NCBI GenBank assembly: GCA_048937405.1
Contig: JBHLNF010000001.1
Span: 816,785-880,784, forward strand
From: Promethearchaeota archaeon
GTDB lineage: Archaea; Asgardarchaeota; Lokiarchaeia; Sigyniarchaeales; SOKP01
Direction of reading: 5' to 3'
Length of the DNA: 64,000 nt
The translations under genes were made by a program, and so were the position numbers. The notes beneath the pieces are model-generated. The model saw only the letters and a program-made list of their open reading frames with translations. It was not told the DNA's origin and made no database searches. Below are positions 59,027 to 64,000 of this stretch, piece after piece (the stretch's first letter is position 1; the number at the start of each line of letters is the position of its first letter).

Positions 59027-60736
59027 ATGATAAATTTGTCAAAAAGAACTTTAGTGATTTTGCTTATTGCGATTATAGGTATTGGAAGTGGAGTAGGAAT
59101 AGGAGTTTATTTCCTTTTTTTTAATAGAGAATCTCCTTCAAATGAGCCTCCTGGAGCTTTTACTTTATCTTCCGACGCTGATAATCCTGATGATGATGGT
59201 ACTTTCACACTCACATGGGATGCTGCTGATAGGGCTATGAATTATTCCGTATATAGATTCTCTAGTAATATTACTGTTATAAATAGCAGTTTAACTACAT
59301 TAGCGACCAGCATTACGAATCTTTCACGTTCATTATCAGGATATAGTAATGGAACCTATTATTTTATTGTTGTTGCTCACAATGCTCAAGGCAATACTCT
59401 CTCCAATTGTCATAGAGTTATTGTCGCAGTCCCTCCTGAAAATTGGATAACCCCAGGAGTAATTGGTATATCTGAAGAAAAATGGATTAAAATTGGATTA
59501 ATGGGTGATAAAGGTAAACTTGAAGGGGATCAAAACTACATGGGTGGTTACCTAGCAGCGAAAAAAATAAATCAAGAGGGTGGTGTTGTTGTGAATGGTT
59601 CTACTTATTATATTGCCATTGCAAGTGGAGATACGGACGAACAGGCTGAAGATTTCTCTGCAGCCGCAGGTGTTGCCGCAGCGGTGAAAATGATCAACGA
59701 AAGTGGGGTTCAATTTGCTATTGGAGGTTTCAAATACGAAGCCTTGGTTGCATATCGGGACCCTTTTATGGACAATCACATACCATTTTTGAGCACAGGA
59801 TCAATGAATGATTATTTATGTGTAGATGTTGGAAATGATTACCCACATTATAAATATTATTGGAGAGTTACTCCTTATAACTCATCATATTCGAGTATTA
59901 CTTTTGTAAGTAATACATTGGGTATGTATCAAACACTCCAAGCAACATATGGATCTGATGATATCAATCACATAGGTATATTAGCAGAAAATTTACCTTG
60001 GACGCAGGGCATACGAATGGGAATCCCTGGTATTATAGATTCGACTTTTGGCCCCGGAACTGTACCGTCAGGGGGAATCATTGCTTTTGATCCAGAGGTT
60101 TCTCCTATAGTTATGAATGCTCATTTACAACAATTAGAAGATGTAGGATGTGATGTAGTACTTATAGCGATTTCATTAGGTGCTGGACTCACAATGACCC
60201 AACAATGGGCACAAGCAGAAAGACCATTTTTACTATTTGGTTCTAATATTCAAGCCCAAACAGCGGGATACTGGGATAAAACTAATGGAGCCTGTGAATA
60301 TGAAATAGGCTCAACGACAGCAACAAGATGCAATAAAACCCCACATACTATCGAATTTTATGATATGTTTTTTACTGAATTCAATGAACATCCTATTTAT
60401 ATAGGATTTGGTGCTTATGATGCCGTAAATCTAATTGTAGACTCAATTGAAAAAACACAATCATTTGATCCAGATGATTTTGTAGCAGATATGGAAACTT
60501 ATACGCCAAGTAACCCTAAACATGGCGGCGCTGGTGGTGACCCCGTCGCTTGGAACAGTAATCATGACCTTATCGCAGGGTATCCTTTCTCTTATGGTGT
60601 TTGGTTTCAGTGGTACAACGGTACTAAAACACTCATACCCTCATTCGCATATAATAATCCAGAATATCCTAGCACTCTAGCACCAATGGGCACAATGAAA
60701 ATACCTGATTGGTTTGGTTGGGATCTTGTACCATAA
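59027..60736 (+). CDS. LivJ-type substrate-binding protein with one FN3-like domain
   Basis: Paralog with one PPGAFTLSS...LTW...YSVY...GTYYFIVVAHN module. Confidence 0.82.
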   Translation: MINLSKRTLVILLIAIIGIGSGVGIGVYFLFFNRESPSNEPPGAFTLSSDADNPDDDGTFTLTWDAADRAMNYSVYRFSSNITVINSSLTTLATSITNLSRSLSGYSNGTYYFIVVAHNAQGNTLSNCHRVIVAVPPENWITPGVIGISEEKWIKIGLMGDKGKLEGDQNYMGGYLAAKKINQEGGVVVNGSTYYIAIASGDTDEQAEDFSAAAGVAAAVKMINESGVQFAIGGFKYEALVAYRDPFMDNHIPFLSTGSMNDYLCVDVGNDYPHYKYYWRVTPYNSSYSSITFVSNTLGMYQTLQATYGSDDINHIGILAENLPWTQGIRMGIPGIIDSTFGPGTVPSGGIIAFDPEVSPIVMNAHLQQLEDVGCDVVLIAISLGAGLTMTQQWAQAERPFLLFGSNIQAQTAGYWDKTNGACEYEIGSTTATRCNKTPHTIEFYDMFFTEFNEHPIYIGFGAYDAVNLIVDSIEKTQSFDPDDFVADMETYTPSNPKHGGAGGDPVAWNSNHDLIAGYPFSYGVWFQWYNGTKTLIPSFAYNNPEYPSTLAPMGTMKIPDWFGWDLVP

Positions 60737-60788
60737 GTTAAAAAACATCAAACAATAATACAATTAAATAATTAAAAAAATCTTTATT

Positions 60789-60980
60789 TTCTTTAATTTT
60801 TAACAATACTCCCTTGAAACTGAAATCTAAATTCTTCAAGGTAAAATGAAATTATTCCTCAAAAAAGCAAATTGATGTGGTATCATATCATATATTGACT
60901 TTATTAAGTTAGATTAATTTATTTTTAAAAATAGTAAAAAATCAATATTATCTATCCAGCAAAAAAACTTTAAATGAATT
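60789..60980. repeat. Non-coding ~190-bp direct repeat (second copy 63318-63511)
   Basis: Shared blocks CTCCCTTGAAAC, TTCCTCAAAAAAGCAAATTGATGTGGTA and TTATCTATCCAG downstream of SBP genes 2 and 3. Confidence 0.88.
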
Positions 60981-61239
60981 CCATTCTCTTTCTTTTGATA
61001 AAATACTTGTAAAGTACTTGATTATTTACAGAGTATAATTCTCTTAAAACCATTTATAATATAAATTTAAATTTATTCCAAATAGCTTTATAAATAAAAA
61101 AAAACAATATGATATACATCTATCTATAAATTTTACTAATTTGTGAAATCAAATAACATTTCAAGAAATTAAATATTCAATGGAAATTGAAATCCAAAAA
61201 AAATAAATTCAATGAATAAAAGAATAGTTGATTAAATCC

Positions 61240-63264
61240 ATGATAAATTTGTCAAAAAGAACTTTAGCTATTTTACTTATTGCAATTATAGGTATTGGAA
61301 CTGGTATAGGAATAGGAGTTTATTTCTTTTTTTTTAATAGAGAGAATCCTCCAAATGAACCTCCTGGAGCTTTTACTTTATCTTCCGACGCTAATGATCC
61401 TGATGATGATGGTACTTTCACTCTCACATGGGGAGCTGCTGATGGGGCTGTGAATTATTCTGTATATGAATATTCCAGTTATATTACTGTTATAAATAGC
61501 AGTTTAATCACATTATCGACCAGTATTACAAGTCTTTCACGTGCATTAACGGGATATAGTAATGGAACCTATTATTTTATTGTTGTTGCTCATAATGCTC
61601 AAGGCGGCACGCTCTCCAATTGTCATACAGTTATTGTCGCAATCCCTCCTGAAGAAGATCAACCTCCTGGAGCTTTTACTTTATCTTCCGACGCTAATGA
61701 TCCTGATGATGATGGTACTTTCACTCTCACATGGGGAGTTGCTGATGGGGTTGTGAATTATTCTGTATATGAATATTCCAGTTATATTACTGTTATAAAT
61801 AGCAGTTTAACCACGTTATCAACTAATATTATAAGTCTTTCACGTGCATTATTAGGATATAGTAATGGAACCTATTTTTTTATTGCTGTTGCTCACAATG
61901 CTCAAGGCGATACTCTCTCTAATTGTCATACAGTTATTGTCGCAATCCCTCCTGAAGAACCGATTTGGATAACCCCAGGAGTAACTGGTATACCCGAAAA
62001 TCAATGGATTAAGATTGGTATGATGGGAGACATAGGTGAGATTCAGGGTGATGCCAATTATCAGGGAGGGTACTTAGCAGCATATGAAATCAATCAAGCG
62101 GGTGGTGTCGAAATTGACGGTACCACCTATTATGTTGCTATTGCGAAAGAAGATACAAATGAAACTGCTTCTGAAATTTCCTCCTCTAGTGCTGTTGCTG
62201 CAGCAGAAAGAATGATATATAGTCATGGGTGTCAATTTGCTGTAGGGGGCCATGAAACAGAATCTTTACTGGCTTATCGGGAACCTTTTATGGCTAATAA
62301 AATACCCTTTTTGAGTACAGGAGTAATGACAGATAAGTTCTGTGAAGATGTTCGGAATTATTATCCCCGTTATAAATATTATTGGAGAGTTAGTCCTTTT
62401 AACTCATCATATTCATCCTTCACTTTTGTACCTTCTGTACTTGCGATGTATTCATATCTCCTAGCTGAATATGGACCTGATGATATTGATCACGTAGGGA
62501 TATTGGCTGAAAACCAAACTTGGACAGAGGGTATACGAACTGTACTCGATGATTATTTAAATGCTGTATTCGGAGCAGGAACTGTAACACCCAATTCGGT
62601 TATAGCTTTTGATCTAGAGGTTACTCCATCAGTTATGGATAGTCACCTACAACAATTAGAGGATGAAGGATGTGATTTAGTACTCATCGCAATTTCAGGA
62701 GAAGCAGGGATTGTAATGTCTCAAGTATGGGAAGAACATGAACGACCATTTCTATTATTTGGATCTAATATTCAAGCACACACAGCTGGCCATTGGAATA
62801 GAACTAATGGAGCCTGTGAATATGAAATAGGATATACAACTACTGTAAGATGCAATAAAACAGAAAAGACGATCCCCTTTTATGACGCATTTTATGGAAT
62901 GTGGAATGAACACCCTCTTTCCATAGCAGTTGGTGCTTATGATGCTGTTAACTTTATTGTAGAATCAATCAATACAGCACAATCATTTGATCCAGACGTT
63001 CTTGTAGCAGAAATGGAAACTTGGAATAGAAGCAACCCACAAACTGGTGCTGGTAATCAATACGCTTGGTGGTCAGGAACTCATGATCTTGTTGGGGGAT
63101 ATCCTTATGGTTATGATGTTTGGTTTCAGTGGCAAAATGGTGTTAAAATATTAATTCCTTCACTCACACCTTACTTATCGCAGCCACCACAATATCCTGA
63201 TACTTTATCCCCAATGGGATCAGTGCAAATACCAGATTGGATAACTTGGGACGTAGGGCCATAG
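61240..63264 (+). CDS. LivJ-type substrate-binding protein with two FN3-like domains
   Basis: Paralog with two tandem 101-aa modules. Confidence 0.82.
   Translation: MINLSKRTLAILLIAIIGIGTGIGIGVYFFFFNRENPPNEPPGAFTLSSDANDPDDDGTFTLTWGAADGAVNYSVYEYSSYITVINSSLITLSTSITSLSRALTGYSNGTYYFIVVAHNAQGGTLSNCHTVIVAIPPEEDQPPGAFTLSSDANDPDDDGTFTLTWGVADGVVNYSVYEYSSYITVINSSLTTLSTNIISLSRALLGYSNGTYFFIAVAHNAQGDTLSNCHTVIVAIPPEEPIWITPGVTGIPENQWIKIGMMGDIGEIQGDANYQGGYLAAYEINQAGGVEIDGTTYYVAIAKEDTNETASEISSSSAVAAAERMIYSHGCQFAVGGHETESLLAYREPFMANKIPFLSTGVMTDKFCEDVRNYYPRYKYYWRVSPFNSSYSSFTFVPSVLAMYSYLLAEYGPDDIDHVGILAENQTWTEGIRTVLDDYLNAVFGAGTVTPNSVIAFDLEVTPSVMDSHLQQLEDEGCDLVLIAISGEAGIVMSQVWEEHERPFLLFGSNIQAHTAGHWNRTNGACEYEIGYTTTVRCNKTEKTIPFYDAFYGMWNEHPLSIAVGAYDAVNFIVESINTAQSFDPDVLVAEMETWNRSNPQTGAGNQYAWWSGTHDLVGGYPYGYDVWFQWQNGVKILIPSLTPYLSQPPQYPDTLSPMGSVQIPDWITWDVGP
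61360..61956 (+). repeat. Tandem 303-bp FN3-coding repeat (third copy at about 59147-59440)
   Basis: CCTCCTGGAGCTTTTACTTTATCTTCCGACGCT at 59147, 61360 and 61663. Confidence 0.93.
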
Positions 63265-63517
63265 GTTAAAAATCGTTTGAAACCAATAATTAAATATTTT
63301 ATAAAAAATTCTTTTTTTTCTTTAATTTTTAACAACACTCCCTTGAAACAGATCTTTAGATTGTTTAAGATAAAATGAAAAGATTCCTCAAAAAAGCAAA
63401 TTGATGTGGTACCATATCATATATGACTTTTCTTAAGTTAGATTATTTTACTTTTAAAAATAGTAAAAAAATCAAAATTATCTATCCAGTAAAAAAATCT
63501 TTAAATGAATTGTTTTA

Positions 63518-63931
63518 TCAATATTTATGATCTTTTCCTATGTTCTCTAAATTCTCTTTCTTTTGAAAAAATGCCTTGTTAAATATGTCATAATCTTCTT
63601 TCGATAAAATAGTTTTAAATTTCTCAGTATTCTCTTTTGTTATTTTGAAAGCTTTTTTCACTCTATAGCAAGGATAATCCTCACAAATTCCACAATTCTT
63701 AATTCTTTTTTCTAAACAGCATTCTCTGATATTATATTCACAAATTCCATTAAATTGATCACATCCCATGCATCTTATCGTTTCTACAGGTTCTATATTT
63801 TCTCTCCATCCAACTTTCATAAATAAAGTAGCGATTTTTGTGAGGTCTTTTTTAGTATTTTTTAAATTCAGATGATATCTTGGGCAATAACTACAATCAT
63901 CTCCACAACAGGCTAAATTAATATTATCTAT
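63518..63931 (-). CDS. DUF3795-like Cys-rich (Fe-S/Zn) protein; start non-canonical or mutated
   Basis: Frame stays open upstream of ATG 63820 and contains LACCGDDCSYCPRY; downstream CMGC...C..RECC......CG.C..YPC. Confidence 0.7.
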   Translation of the reverse strand: MDNINLACCGDDCSYCPRYHLNLKNTKKDLTKIATLFMKVGWRENIEPVETIRCMGCDQFNGICEYNIRECCLEKRIKNCGICEDYPCYRVKKAFKITKENTEKFKTILSKEDYDIFNKAFFQKKENLENIGKDHKY

Positions 63932-64000
63932 TAGTTCTCGTATTAGTTCTAAAATTAAATTTAGAGAATATGATAAACATCCTTATTTTTTTTACCTTAA

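Noticed and set aside
48516-61756. ORFs 48516-48791, 51272-51475, 54686-55138, 55866-56096, 57654-57911, 58151-58372, 59552-59779, 61562-61756
   Set aside because: Shadow or alternate-frame ORFs within confident genes.
1-64000. tRNA, rRNA or CRISPR arrays
   Set aside because: No GC-rich cloverleaf or rRNA-like segments and no regularly spaced short repeats were seen by eye; tRNAscan-SE/Infernal would be needed to exclude them formally.

Overview
AT-rich archaeal chromosomal segment, almost certainly from an Asgard archaeon (Lokiarchaeia-like). Supporting features are split RpoA1/RpoA2, L35Ae/L21e/L30e/L44e, an archaeal histone, PCNA, a Snf7 ESCRT-III protein, two Rab-like GTPases, roadblock/longin-like proteins and a selenoprotein with a eukaryote-type 3'-UTR SECIS. 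Housekeeping blocks (pus10-L21e-rpoF-DUF655-ksgA-hemK; rpoA1-rpoA2-L30e-nusA-S12-S7; L44e-S27e; TFS-RPA-PCNA) alternate with accessory loci. The most notable accessory items are: (1) a tandem array of seven 184-aa H-NOX-like proteins, six with a candidate heme His108, most behind their own promoter with a conserved upstream YACGAA box; (2) a winged-HTH + ATP-cone + catalytically dead class III ribonucleotide reductase fusion, a candidate nucleotide-sensing regulator; (3) a FYVE-like/PH-like/steadiness-box protein near snf7; (4) a UxxC peroxiredoxin-like selenoprotein missed by the ORF track; (5) three orphan Venus-flytrap proteins with 0, 1 and 2 FN3-like stalks, divergent from a 7TM protein; (6) a TnpB element with a Fanzor-type rearranged RuvC plus an internally deleted sister copy, together flanking pyrB; (7) a nucleoside/dTMP kinase ending in a PIP box. 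All family assignments were made by eye from motifs; no database searches were run.
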